A stretch of 64,000 nt of DNA from Bryobacteraceae bacterium (GTDB lineage Bacteria > Acidobacteriota > Terriglobia > Bryobacterales > Bryobacteraceae), in the NCBI GenBank assembly GCA_036821995.1, contig DAISIM010000015.1:24060-88059 (forward strand), written 5' to 3'. Under the pieces are notes generated by a model. It ran no database searches. It was not told the origin of the DNA and saw only the letters and a program-made list of their open reading frames with translations. Every line of letters starts with the position of its first letter. The stretch's first letter is position 1. A program made the position numbers and the translations under genes. This document shows positions 29,097 to 38,128 of this stretch, piece by piece.

Positions 29097-30257
29097 CTAG
29101 TTAGCGCGCTGGGCGAGAAAGGCGGCGGCCGCCTCAGCCAGCACGGTCTTCAGCGCTACGCCGGCGTGCGTCGCAAGGGCGCGGCAATCCTCGTACTCAG
29201 GAGCGAAGCTATCGGCGGCGGCCACCTTCACGCGGACCTTGCCGAAACGGGTTTCCACCTCTTCCCAATGGCGCGGTTGGAGGAGACGGTCAGCTTCGTA
29301 GGCGCGGACGCCGAAGGTGGTGGTCTCGGCAAAGACGACGCGCGACAGACGGACCCAATCCTCAGGACGGCAGATGACGGTAAGCTTCACGCCGGGACGG
29401 TTCTTCTTCATGCTGACGGGCTGGACAGTGACGTCGAGTGCGCCGGCTGCGAACAGACGCTCCATGGTGTGGCCGATGACCTGGGGGGAGGAGTCGTCGA
29501 GGTTGGCTTCGACGATGCGGACGCGGCTGGCCTCGGGGATGCTGCCGTCCTCGCCGATGAGGACGCGGAGGAGGTTGGCCATCTCCTTGAAATCCTTGGT
29601 GCCCGCGCCGAAACCGCTGGCTTCAATACTCATGGCGGGCATGCGGCCGAATTCCGTGCCGAGAGCAGAGACAACGGCGGCGCCAGTGGGGGTGCAGAGT
29701 TCCGTGGCGGGTCCGGCCGAGTAAACCGGAATGCCCTTCAATAGCAGCGCAGTGGCAGGGGTGGGGACGGGCATCACGCCGTGGTCCGCCTTGACGGTGC
29801 CAGAGCCCACATTGATGGCGGAACAGGCGATGCGCTGCACGCCCAGCAAGTGGAGGCAGAGGCAAGTGCCGACGATGTCGCAGATGGAATCAATGGCACC
29901 CACTTCGTGGAAATGGACCTTTTCGATGGGGACACCGTGGACGGTGGCCTCTGACTCGCCGAGCTTTTCAAAGACAGCGATGCTCTGGTTCTGTACCTCC
30001 GCGGGGAGGGGGGCATCCTGAATCATCTTGACGATGTGGGGGAGATGGCGGTGCTTCTTCGTGTCTGTGCCATCCACGTGGAACTTGGTTCCGGCGATAC
30101 CATTGCGCTTCACTTTTTCCAGGCGAAAGGAGGCGCCGGTATTGAGAGCGGAGAGCGATGCCGTAAGTTCCTGGCCATCCGCGCCGGCGTCGACAAGGGC
30201 GCCGACGAGCATGTCGCCGCTGAGACCGGAAAAGGCGTCGAGGTAGCAGACTGTCAT
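29097..30257 (-). CDS. larC: LarC-family nickel insertion protein (DUF111)
   Basis: YLDAFSGLSGDMLVGALVDAGA N-terminus and HFHEVGAIDSI motif. Confidence 0.85.
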   Translation of the reverse strand: MTVCYLDAFSGLSGDMLVGALVDAGADGQELTASLSALNTGASFRLEKVKRNGIAGTKFHVDGTDTKKHRHLPHIVKMIQDAPLPAEVQNQSIAVFEKLGESEATVHGVPIEKVHFHEVGAIDSICDIVGTCLCLHLLGVQRIACSAINVGSGTVKADHGVMPVPTPATALLLKGIPVYSAGPATELCTPTGAAVVSALGTEFGRMPAMSIEASGFGAGTKDFKEMANLLRVLIGEDGSIPEASRVRIVEANLDDSSPQVIGHTMERLFAAGALDVTVQPVSMKKNRPGVKLTVICRPEDWVRLSRVVFAETTTFGVRAYEADRLLQPRHWEEVETRFGKVRVKVAAADSFAPEYEDCRALATHAGVALKTVLAEAAAAFLAQRAN

Positions 30258-30338
30258 GGGTGTAGTGAGATTACTGTTCTATTGTCGCAGCATCTGAGCG
30301 CGTGCCGCAGAAACGGGAAGCGAGCGGAAGGGGGCAGG

Positions 30339-31070
30339 TTAGGAGAACACAGAGGCGAGGGAAGGAAGGATGGCGGAGGCAGCGCCGGCAAGGCGGAAGT
30401 GCATCTCATTACTAAGGGGTGTGGACTGAGGATTAATCTCAATGGTGTGAGCGCCATGACGAATGCCAAGGGTGATGAGGCTGGAGGCGGGGTAAACCAC
30501 GGCGGAAGTGCCGACGACGAGGAGAAGGTCAGCCTGCTGGACGGCTTGCACGGCGAGATCCCATTCCGCCGAAGGAAGGGCCTCTCCGAACCAGACAACA
30601 CCGGGGCGGAGAAGGGCGTCCGGATGACAGGAACAGTGGGGAGGCATGGTGGAGAGGGGCACCTCGCGGTTCTGGCGCCGCTCGCCACAGCGGGTGCAAA
30701 CGGTCTGCCAAATGTCGCCGTGCAGGCGGACGATGTTCCGGATGCCGGCACGTTCGTCCAGGCCGTCGACGTTCTGGGTGACGAGGGTGAACTGGGGGGT
30801 GTGCCGCTGGATGTGGGCGAGGGCGTGGTGGCCGGCATGGGGTTCGGCGGCGGCGATGAGTTCGCGGCGCCAGTTGTACCACTCCCAGACAAGGTGGGGG
30901 CGGCTGGCAAACGCTTGGGGGGTGGCAAGTTCCTCGGCGCGGAACTGCTTCCAGATGCCGTCAGGACCTCGAAAGGTGGGGATGCCGCTTTCAGCGGACA
31001 TGCCGGCACCGGTGAGTACAACGACGTACTCGGCATCGCGCAGCCACTTTCTTGCCTGAATCAAGCTCAC
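30339..31070 (-). CDS. cobB: NAD-dependent protein deacylase (Sir2/CobB)
   Basis: GAGMSAESGIPTFRG, QNVDGLDERAG, catalytic His in VRLHGD, and a Cys-based Zn module. A compact 243-aa CobB-type protein. Confidence 0.88.
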   Translation of the reverse strand: MSLIQARKWLRDAEYVVVLTGAGMSAESGIPTFRGPDGIWKQFRAEELATPQAFASRPHLVWEWYNWRRELIAAAEPHAGHHALAHIQRHTPQFTLVTQNVDGLDERAGIRNIVRLHGDIWQTVCTRCGERRQNREVPLSTMPPHCSCHPDALLRPGVVWFGEALPSAEWDLAVQAVQQADLLLVVGTSAVVYPASSLITLGIRHGAHTIEINPQSTPLSNEMHFRLAGAASAILPSLASVFS

Positions 31071-31338
31071 CCTTCCATGCTAGCGGGAGTTGGGGCGGGA
31101 TCCAACGGAAGGATGCAGAAACGTTTAGGGCGGTCCGATGAATGGAGGGACCATGCTACCCTAAGGGTTTTCCGGCAGGATTACGGGCGCGGTGCGCGCC
31201 GTCCTCGCGCAGGGAGATTCGTTTCCAGACGGGGGCTTACCGGTGGGGACGAACTCGCCGACGCAGTCCGGGCCGGACAAGCATCCCTTATTGCAAGCGC
31301 GGCCACGCCGCCCCGCGCGACGATTGAGTGCAATTCCT

Positions 31339-33666
31339 ATGCAGGCAGGTACTTCCATGAGAGCGATTGTTGCGTTGCTAGCGTTGTTGATCTTGGGGGC
31401 GGGGTCAGCCTCGGCACAACGCTGGAAGCCGGGCGATGACATTTTCAGGCAGTTGGATGAGGTATTGCCGACTCCCAATGAATACCGTACGGCTTCCGGT
31501 GCGCCGGGGCACCGGTACTGGCAGCAGAAGGTGGATTACGACATCCGGCTGGAATTGGACGATACGAACCAATCCATTCAAGCGTCGGAGACGATTACGT
31601 ACCACAACCAATCGCCGGATCCCCTGAACTACCTATGGCTGCAGTTGGACCAGAACCGGTTCAAGCAGGATTCGCATGCCAAACTGACGCAGACAGCGCC
31701 GAACCTGAAGGGGCGTCCCAGCTACCGGATGATGGAGGCGATGCTAGACCAGGACTTCGATGGTGGCCACAAGATTCTGGCTGTGAGAGACGCGGCCGGC
31801 AAGCCGCTGCCCTATGTGATCCAGGACACGATGATGCGCATTGACCTGCCGCAGCCGCTGCGAAGCGGGGAGCGGGTGCAGTTCGCGGTGGACTGGCGCT
31901 ACAACATCGTGGACGTGCGGAAGGTTGGCGCCCGGGGCGGATTTGAGTTCTTCAAGGAAGACGGCAACTATCTTTACGAGATTGCCCAGTGGTTTCCGCG
32001 GATGGCGGCATATACAGACTACACGGGATGGCAGCACAAGCAGTTCTTGGGAGCGGGCGAGTTCACGCTGGAGTTTGGCGACTACAAAGTGGCAATCACG
32101 GTACCGGACGACCACATTGTTGGCGCAACGGGGGTGCTGCAGAACCCGAACGAGGTACTGAGCGCCACCCAGCGGCAACGCCTCGCACAGGCCAAGGGTG
32201 CTAGTAAGCCTGTATTGATCGTGACGCAGGAGGAAGCCAGCGCCAACGAGAAGCGCAAGCCGGTGGGGAAAAAGACCTGGATTTTCCACGCGGAGAATGT
32301 GCGCGATTTTGCATTTGCCAGCAGCCGTAAGTTCATTTGGGATGCGCAGGAGCACGACGTCGAGGGCAACAAGGTGATGGCGATGTCGTATTACCCCAAG
32401 GAGGGCAATCCGCTATGGGAGCGCTACTCCACGCGGTCGATTATCCATACCCTGAACGTGTACTCGCGCTATAGCTTCAATTATCCCTATCCCACTGCAA
32501 TCTCAGTGAATGGGCCAGTTGGTGGGATGGAATATCCGATGATCTGTTTTAACGGCCCCCGACCGGAGAAGGACGGAACCTATTCAGACAGGACGAAGTA
32601 TGGGTTGATCTCTGTAATTATTCACGAGGTGGGCCACAATTATTTTCCGATGATTGTGAATTCGGATGAACGGCAGTGGACGTGGATGGATGAAGGGCTA
32701 AATACGTTTCTCCAGTACCTTTCGGAACAGGAATGGGAAGAGAAGTATCCGTCGCGGCGCGGAGAGCCCAAAGAAATCGTGGGCTACATGACCAGCCAGC
32801 AGCAGGAGCCGATCATGACCCAGTCTGACTCAGTGCTTCAGTTAGGGCCGAATGCCTATGCGAAGCCAGCAACAGCGCTGAATATCCTGCGGGAGACGAT
32901 CCTTGGCCGGGAACTGTTCGACTTTGCCTTCCGGGAATATTCGCGGCGGTGGATGTTCAAGCGTCCGGTGCCGGCCGATTTCTTCCGGACGATGGAGGAC
33001 GCAACGGGGGTGGACCTTGACTGGTTTTGGCGGGCGTGGTTCTATACGACGGATCATGTAGATATCAGCCTGGAATCTATTGACTGGTATACCATCGACA
33101 GCAAGAATCCGGATATTGAAAAGAGCCGGTTGAAGAAGCTGGAAGAGGAAGAGCCGGTGACTTTGTCCGCCCAGCGGAATCAACCGCTGCCAAAGTTTGT
33201 GGACAAGTATCCTGAGCTCCTGGACTTCTACAATAACTTTGACAAGTTGAATGTGACAGCCAAAGATCGGGAAGACTATGAGAAGTTCTTGAAGGGGCTG
33301 GAGGATGACGAGAAGGCAGTTCTTAGCAATGCCAACAACTTCTTTGTGATGACGTTCAAGAACATCGGCGGCGTGCCGATGCCCCTGATTCTGGACATAA
33401 CCTTCACCGACGGGGCGAAGCAGCAGTTACGGATTCCGGCGGAGATTTGGCGGCGGAACCGGCATCAGGTTTCCAAATTGCTGATCACACCGCGGGAGAT
33501 CCAGCAGGTTGTGCTTGATCCGAACCTGGAAACCGCGGATGCGGACCTCAGCAACAATCACTGGCCTCCGAAGCCGGTGAAAACACGCTTCCAGATCTTC
33601 AAGGAGCAGCGCCAGAAGAATCCGATGCAGATCCAGCGCGAGTTGGAGAAGGTGACGCAGCAGTAA
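31339..33666 (+). CDS. Secreted M1-family zinc metallopeptidase
   Basis: Signal peptide MRAIVALLALLILGAGSASAQ. GAMEN-like GGMEYPM. HEVGH-x18-E zinc site (HEVGHNYFPMIVNSDERQWTWMDEG). Start at ATG 31339 or 31357. Confidence 0.85.
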   Translation: MQAGTSMRAIVALLALLILGAGSASAQRWKPGDDIFRQLDEVLPTPNEYRTASGAPGHRYWQQKVDYDIRLELDDTNQSIQASETITYHNQSPDPLNYLWLQLDQNRFKQDSHAKLTQTAPNLKGRPSYRMMEAMLDQDFDGGHKILAVRDAAGKPLPYVIQDTMMRIDLPQPLRSGERVQFAVDWRYNIVDVRKVGARGGFEFFKEDGNYLYEIAQWFPRMAAYTDYTGWQHKQFLGAGEFTLEFGDYKVAITVPDDHIVGATGVLQNPNEVLSATQRQRLAQAKGASKPVLIVTQEEASANEKRKPVGKKTWIFHAENVRDFAFASSRKFIWDAQEHDVEGNKVMAMSYYPKEGNPLWERYSTRSIIHTLNVYSRYSFNYPYPTAISVNGPVGGMEYPMICFNGPRPEKDGTYSDRTKYGLISVIIHEVGHNYFPMIVNSDERQWTWMDEGLNTFLQYLSEQEWEEKYPSRRGEPKEIVGYMTSQQQEPIMTQSDSVLQLGPNAYAKPATALNILRETILGRELFDFAFREYSRRWMFKRPVPADFFRTMEDATGVDLDWFWRAWFYTTDHVDISLESIDWYTIDSKNPDIEKSRLKKLEEEEPVTLSAQRNQPLPKFVDKYPELLDFYNNFDKLNVTAKDREDYEKFLKGLEDDEKAVLSNANNFFVMTFKNIGGVPMPLILDITFTDGAKQQLRIPAEIWRRNRHQVSKLLITPREIQQVVLDPNLETADADLSNNHWPPKPVKTRFQIFKEQRQKNPMQIQRELEKVTQQ

Positions 33667-33668
33667 TC

Positions 33669-34256
33669 ATGGCAGAGGGGCAGGGCACGGGTGGGATGCG
33701 GCTGAGCCGGCGGATGGCGATGCGTGCGTTGCCGCTGGCGGTGGCAGCCGGGGTGTGCGGCTTGGGCAGTCCGGCATCGGCGCACAAGTTCTTCTTCTCC
33801 AACACTCTGGTGGAGTACAACCCGCAGGGCAAGAGCTTCGAAATCACCATCCGGTTGTTCGCCGATGACCTGGAGTGGGTGCTGCGAAGGCGGGCGAATC
33901 GCCATGTGGAAGTGGATCGAGCACCGGACGCGGAGGCCCTGACCTTTGCCTATTTGCGCGAGGTGTTCCGGTTGCGCGGGCCAGATATGGCGGAGATTCC
34001 GCTGCGCTGGGTGGGGATGGAAAGCAAGGTGGACACGGTGTACTGCTATCTGGAGGCGGCGGCGCCGGAAACCGGTCTGCGGAACATGGCAATGGCTCTC
34101 GGCTTGTTCGCGGAACTGCAACGGGGCCAGGTGAATCTGGTGTCGTTCCGAGACCCGGTGCATGGGCGTCCGCGGGACCTGATGTTCCGGGAAGGCGACC
34201 GGTTTAAGGTAGTGATTTTCCCCGAGGCAAAGGATGATGCTTCGCCGAACCCTTAA
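33669..34256 (+). CDS. Exported hypothetical protein, DUF6702-like
   Basis: Signal peptide, then HKFFFSNTLVEYNPQGKSFEITIRLFADDLE. From memory this resembles the DUF6702 N-terminal signature. Begins 2 nt after the M1 peptidase stop. Confidence 0.5.
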   Translation: MAEGQGTGGMRLSRRMAMRALPLAVAAGVCGLGSPASAHKFFFSNTLVEYNPQGKSFEITIRLFADDLEWVLRRRANRHVEVDRAPDAEALTFAYLREVFRLRGPDMAEIPLRWVGMESKVDTVYCYLEAAAPETGLRNMAMALGLFAELQRGQVNLVSFRDPVHGRPRDLMFREGDRFKVVIFPEAKDDASPNP

Positions 34257-34511
34257 TGGTTGCGGTGCATCTGTTACATATGAAGGGACCGGACTCGGGT
34301 AGTGGCTGGAACCACAGGCCTTAGCCATAGCCTAGCTAGGGAGTTTTCCGGGCAGATTCGGTGCTACCATTACGAATTGGAATATAGCCTACGGTGGCAG
34401 CGCTCCTGGAACGGTGCGTGAATCCGCCAAGCTGCTTGCCAAGAGAGGGATTGCTTGCTGGGAATTCGCCGGACACTGCGATCGACAAGCCGTCGTCTTC
34501 GTGAAGTGAAG

Positions 34512-35486
34512 ATGCTGCTGAACGGGATTCGGGACACCGATCATCCCGTGATGGCGCACATGATTCCCATTCGGCGCTGCAACCTTTCGTGTACTTACTG
34601 CAATGAGTACGACGACTTTTCAAAGCCGATTCCCATTGATGAGCTGAAGGCGCGGATCGACCATCTGGCGCGCCTGGGCACGTCTATTGTGACGATGAGT
34701 GGCGGTGAACCCCTGTTGCATCCGGACCTGGACGAGGTGTTTCGGCGGATGCGTCATCACGGGATGATCGCCGGCATGATCACGAACGGGTACCTGTTGA
34801 CGGCAGACCGGATTCGCGCCCTGAACGATGCCGGCTTGGACCACATGCAGATCAGCATCGATAATGTGATGCCTGATGAAGTGTCAAAGAAGAGCCTGAA
34901 GGTTCTGGATAAAAAGCTGCAACTCCTCAGCTTGCACGCTGACTTCCATGTGAACATCAACTCCGTTGTGGGCGGTGGAATCCGCAATCCGCACGACGCA
35001 CTGATTGTGGGGCGGCGAGCGGTGGAACTGGGCTTCACCAGCACGGTGGGGATCATCCACGATGGGGAAGGGCAACTGCAGCCGCTGAACGAAGTGGAGC
35101 GCAAGGTGTACATGCGCGTGAAGAAGCTTGGCAAGAGCAGCTACGCGCAGTTGAACTACTTCCAAGAGAACATCGCCAACGGCAAGCCGAACAGCTGGAA
35201 GTGCCGGGCGGGAGCGCGTTACCTGTACATTTGCGAAGACGGGCTGGTGCACTACTGTTCCCAGCAGAGGGGCAACCCGGGTTTACCTCTCTCGCAATAT
35301 ACGGTGGACGACATCCGGCGGGAGTTCATCACCGAAAAGGGATGTACCTCCTATTGCACGGTGGCCTGTGTGCATCAAGTATCGTACATGGACTTCTGGC
35401 GATCGCCACAGACGTTGAGCGCGCCAGAGCGGCCCATGACGGGCAAGCAGGAACTGGTGCAGATTGCGGGAAGCAGCCACCGCTAA
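34512..35486 (+). CDS. Radical SAM enzyme with SPASM/twitch-like Cys-rich C-terminal domain
   Basis: CNLSCTYC (CX3CX2C) at residues 23-30 counted from the ATG at 34512. GGEPLL SAM-binding motif. C-terminal CRAGARYLYICEDGLVHYC (C-x12-G-x4-C) and CTSYCTVAC cysteine clusters. Confidence 0.8.
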   Translation: MLLNGIRDTDHPVMAHMIPIRRCNLSCTYCNEYDDFSKPIPIDELKARIDHLARLGTSIVTMSGGEPLLHPDLDEVFRRMRHHGMIAGMITNGYLLTADRIRALNDAGLDHMQISIDNVMPDEVSKKSLKVLDKKLQLLSLHADFHVNINSVVGGGIRNPHDALIVGRRAVELGFTSTVGIIHDGEGQLQPLNEVERKVYMRVKKLGKSSYAQLNYFQENIANGKPNSWKCRAGARYLYICEDGLVHYCSQQRGNPGLPLSQYTVDDIRREFITEKGCTSYCTVACVHQVSYMDFWRSPQTLSAPERPMTGKQELVQIAGSSHR

Positions 35487-35634
35487 GGGCTGAGAGCGCA
35501 CTGTGGCGCTATTCCAATACGAAGTAGATCCCCCTTTTCAGCACGCTTGGAATGGCCGTGACTGAGGCCGCGATGGTGGCAGTACGAACAGGACGCCACG
35601 CGGTAGAATCCAGGGGAGCGCTACTCTGAACGCC

Positions 35635-37074
35635 ATGTCAGACCACAAACATCCGCGGGTGATTCCGCTGGCACCGATGCCTCCAGAAAAGTGCGCCTAT
35701 GCACTGGCGCGCTACAGCCGTTCGCCTGACTCCATCCGGCAGTCCTTGGATTGGGTGCGCGGCCACGATTCCCAAAAGTTCCTGGAGAGCTTCTATTTCC
35801 AGTACGGGCATGCTTCGATTGCGGATTTGGGACATCTGGCGGTTTGTTTTGAGGGGATCTCAGAGCTGGTAGCCACCGAGATTGAGGACGAGCAGCTTTG
35901 GGACGGACAAGCGAAATCAACGCGCTATCAGGATTTCTCGCGGGTGGGGGTGGTAACGCCACCTCAGCTGGACGCAGAGCAGGCAGCGTTCTATCAGGAC
36001 GCGGCGCGGGCTTCGCTGCGGGCCTATGAAACGGTGCACGCGGGTGCCCTGGCCCATCTGAAGGCGAAGCTGCCAAGGCCCGTAGACATGAAGGAGGGGG
36101 CCTACGAACGCAACTTGGCGGCGCGTGCGTTTGACGTGGCCCGGTATCTGCTGTTCTGGGGAGTTCCCACGAATATCGGACAAGTCACCAGCATCCGCAC
36201 GCTAGAAAGGCAGATCCGGCGGATGAAGGCTTCGCGATATGCGGAGTTGCGGGAGGTAGGAGAAGAGGCTGCTGTTGCCTGTGCGTCGCTGGACGTTTGC
36301 ACATTGGAGCCAGGAACGGCCGTGGAGGCAGTCGCGCCAACACTGGCCAAGTATGTGGATGCGGATGCGTTCGAGCCGGCAATGCGGCGGGAACTATCTG
36401 GATGGGCAGCGCGGAATGTGCCAACCGCGACGCCAACGGAAGCAACGGGTGGGGTGGATCTACTGAAGCCCACGGATACGCTGGCGGATATTGCGGCGAC
36501 GTTGTTGTATCCAGAGTCCGGATTGCCATTCCGAGCACTGTACGCGATGGCTAAGCAGTGGCCCGAGACCAAGCAGCGGGAAGTAGTAGAGGCAGCGCTA
36601 GGCGCAAGGGGGAGGCACGATGAATTGCCACGGGCATTCCGGAATGCGCCCTACGCCTTTGACATCGTGATGGATGTCGGCGCGTATCGAGACTTGCACC
36701 GGCACAGGCGCTGCCAGCAATTCCGGCAGGCCTACACTGCCTCCCTGGGATATGACACGCCAGAAATGATCGCAGAGGCTGGGCTGACAGAGGTGTACTG
36801 CGGGGCTGTGGAGTCAGCGATGGCGGCGGCGCGCGCCCTGCCTTCTCCGGCGGGGGAGTATCTGCTGCCATTTGCCTGCCGCGCACGATTTTTGTTTCGG
36901 ATGGACTTTGCCGAAGCGGAGTACATTGCCAAATTACGCAGCGGGGTGAAGGGCCACTTCAGTTACCGGCGGATTGCGTGGGAGATGCGGGAACAAATGC
37001 GCCTTGTGGAGCCAGTGCTGGGACAATGGATGGAGGCAACTCCGCCGGAAGTGGAGGATCCACTGACGCGCTAA
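35635..37074 (+). CDS. ThyX-family (flavin-dependent thymidylate synthase-like) protein, fused two-domain form
   Basis: 479 aa. The first half carries YSRS / QYGHASIADLG / QAKSTRYQDF. The second half carries YRDLHRHRRCQQFRQ and AEYIAKLRSG..GHFSYRRIAWEM. Both halves resemble Thy1 domains. Confidence 0.7.
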   Translation: MSDHKHPRVIPLAPMPPEKCAYALARYSRSPDSIRQSLDWVRGHDSQKFLESFYFQYGHASIADLGHLAVCFEGISELVATEIEDEQLWDGQAKSTRYQDFSRVGVVTPPQLDAEQAAFYQDAARASLRAYETVHAGALAHLKAKLPRPVDMKEGAYERNLAARAFDVARYLLFWGVPTNIGQVTSIRTLERQIRRMKASRYAELREVGEEAAVACASLDVCTLEPGTAVEAVAPTLAKYVDADAFEPAMRRELSGWAARNVPTATPTEATGGVDLLKPTDTLADIAATLLYPESGLPFRALYAMAKQWPETKQREVVEAALGARGRHDELPRAFRNAPYAFDIVMDVGAYRDLHRHRRCQQFRQAYTASLGYDTPEMIAEAGLTEVYCGAVESAMAAARALPSPAGEYLLPFACRARFLFRMDFAEAEYIAKLRSGVKGHFSYRRIAWEMREQMRLVEPVLGQWMEATPPEVEDPLTR

Positions 37075-37165
37075 GGCGCCGACGGCGGAGGCACACTAAT
37101 CTCGCGATCGCTGCAAATGATGGCAGCGGAAGGTTTCCAGACGGCAGTACAAGGCCGGGGGCAAT

Positions 37166-37522
37166 CTACTGGCGGCGGATTTCGCCACGGTCCATGGTGG
37201 CAGCAACAATGTACATGCCGGGGTCCTTGGGATCCCGGGAGACTTCGCGGACCGAACGAACCACCCTGCCCTGGCCGCGCATTCGAACGGTGGCGTTATC
37301 AGCGAGTTTTTCGGGGAAATCCACGAAAAACTCAATGGGCGTGCCGGGTTCAAGCGGTTCCTTGAGGGCAAACAAAACACCGCCACGGCTGATATTCTTC
37401 GTGATTGCTTCCCAGGATGAACCCTGCCTGCCATAGCGAGTTACCTTGAGATTCAATTGCATCTGGTACCGGCGGAAGCGACGCCGCTCTTGACCGGTCG
37501 GTTTTTGATTTCCATCCATCAT
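37166..37522 (-). CDS. PilZ-domain protein (putative c-di-GMP receptor)
   Basis: RRRFRRY (RxxxR) and NISRGG (D/NxSxxG) motifs in a 118-aa single-domain protein. Confidence 0.75.
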   Translation of the reverse strand: MMDGNQKPTGQERRRFRRYQMQLNLKVTRYGRQGSSWEAITKNISRGGVLFALKEPLEPGTPIEFFVDFPEKLADNATVRMRGQGRVVRSVREVSRDPKDPGMYIVAATMDRGEIRRQ

Positions 37523-37792
37523 TTCTGGACCCCTGGGTCTGTCCTTGAATGATCAACTGCGAACAAAGTTCCCAATGATTGAGGCATCCTATCAGAAAGT
37601 GCAGCCGTCACAAAGATGGTGAGCCGATGCCGAGAGAAAGGATCGTGGTCCTTGTCCGCAAAGAGCGCCGGCGAGTTCGACTGAATCCGGATGGTGCGTT
37701 GCTGGTTTCGCTTTTCGATTTTGAGAATAACAGGTTTCTACCCAATTTCGATGGGTTTGCGATAGGGTTTTGTTTTAGTACTAAAGACCAAA

Positions 37793-38107
37793 ATGGGTCC
37801 AATTCGTCATACATTGCGATTGCTGCTGGGGATCGGGTTACTGATTGTCGGCATTGTGGGGCTGATTCTGCCGGTGATGCCGGGGTGGATCTTTGTAATC
37901 CCAGGACTTCTGATACTGGGGGATTACTTTCCGCCCATCCAGCGGCTGGTGCTGTGGGCAAAGAGCCGGTTTAAGGAAGCGGAGCAGCAATATCGGGCGC
38001 GGCGAGGAGAAGCGGCGGAAGAATCACCCGAAGAGGCAGGTTGTGCATCCGTAGCGGCCGAAAACGGGGAAGCGGTTGCGGGGCGTCCCGCAGACTCGCA
38101 ACAATAA
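37793..38107 (+). CDS. Small PGPGW-type transmembrane protein
   Basis: GLILPVMPGWIFVIPGLLILG hairpin-TM signature with an acidic/Ala-rich tail. Confidence 0.6.
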   Translation: MGPIRHTLRLLLGIGLLIVGIVGLILPVMPGWIFVIPGLLILGDYFPPIQRLVLWAKSRFKEAEQQYRARRGEAAEESPEEAGCASVAAENGEAVAGRPADSQQ

Positions 38108-38128
38108 AGCACCGGAAAGATTGACACT

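Noticed and set aside
30339-31070. Sir2-domain protein as part of a defence system (Thoeris/DSR-like)
   Set aside because: This is a compact 243-aa CobB-type deacylase with a complete Zn module and catalytic His. There is no fused effector or sensor domain and no defence-type neighbours.
30036-31439. 467-aa plus-strand ORF
   Set aside because: It is antisense to the larC and cobB genes, which have clear family motifs. It is Gly/Ala/Arg-rich, the usual shadow-frame composition.
34512-35486. The radical SAM protein as a prokaryotic viperin, MoaA or hopanoid HpnH/HpnJ
   Set aside because: The CX3CX2C context is generic. The C-terminal Cys pattern is SPASM/twitch-like rather than viperin- or MoaA-like. 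The protein has neither the HpnH N-terminal pattern nor a B12-binding domain.
37579-37974. 131-aa plus-strand ORF upstream of and overlapping the PGPGW gene
   Set aside because: It overlaps the better-supported PGPGW gene out of frame by 180 nt. It has a weak ribosome-binding site and no motif.
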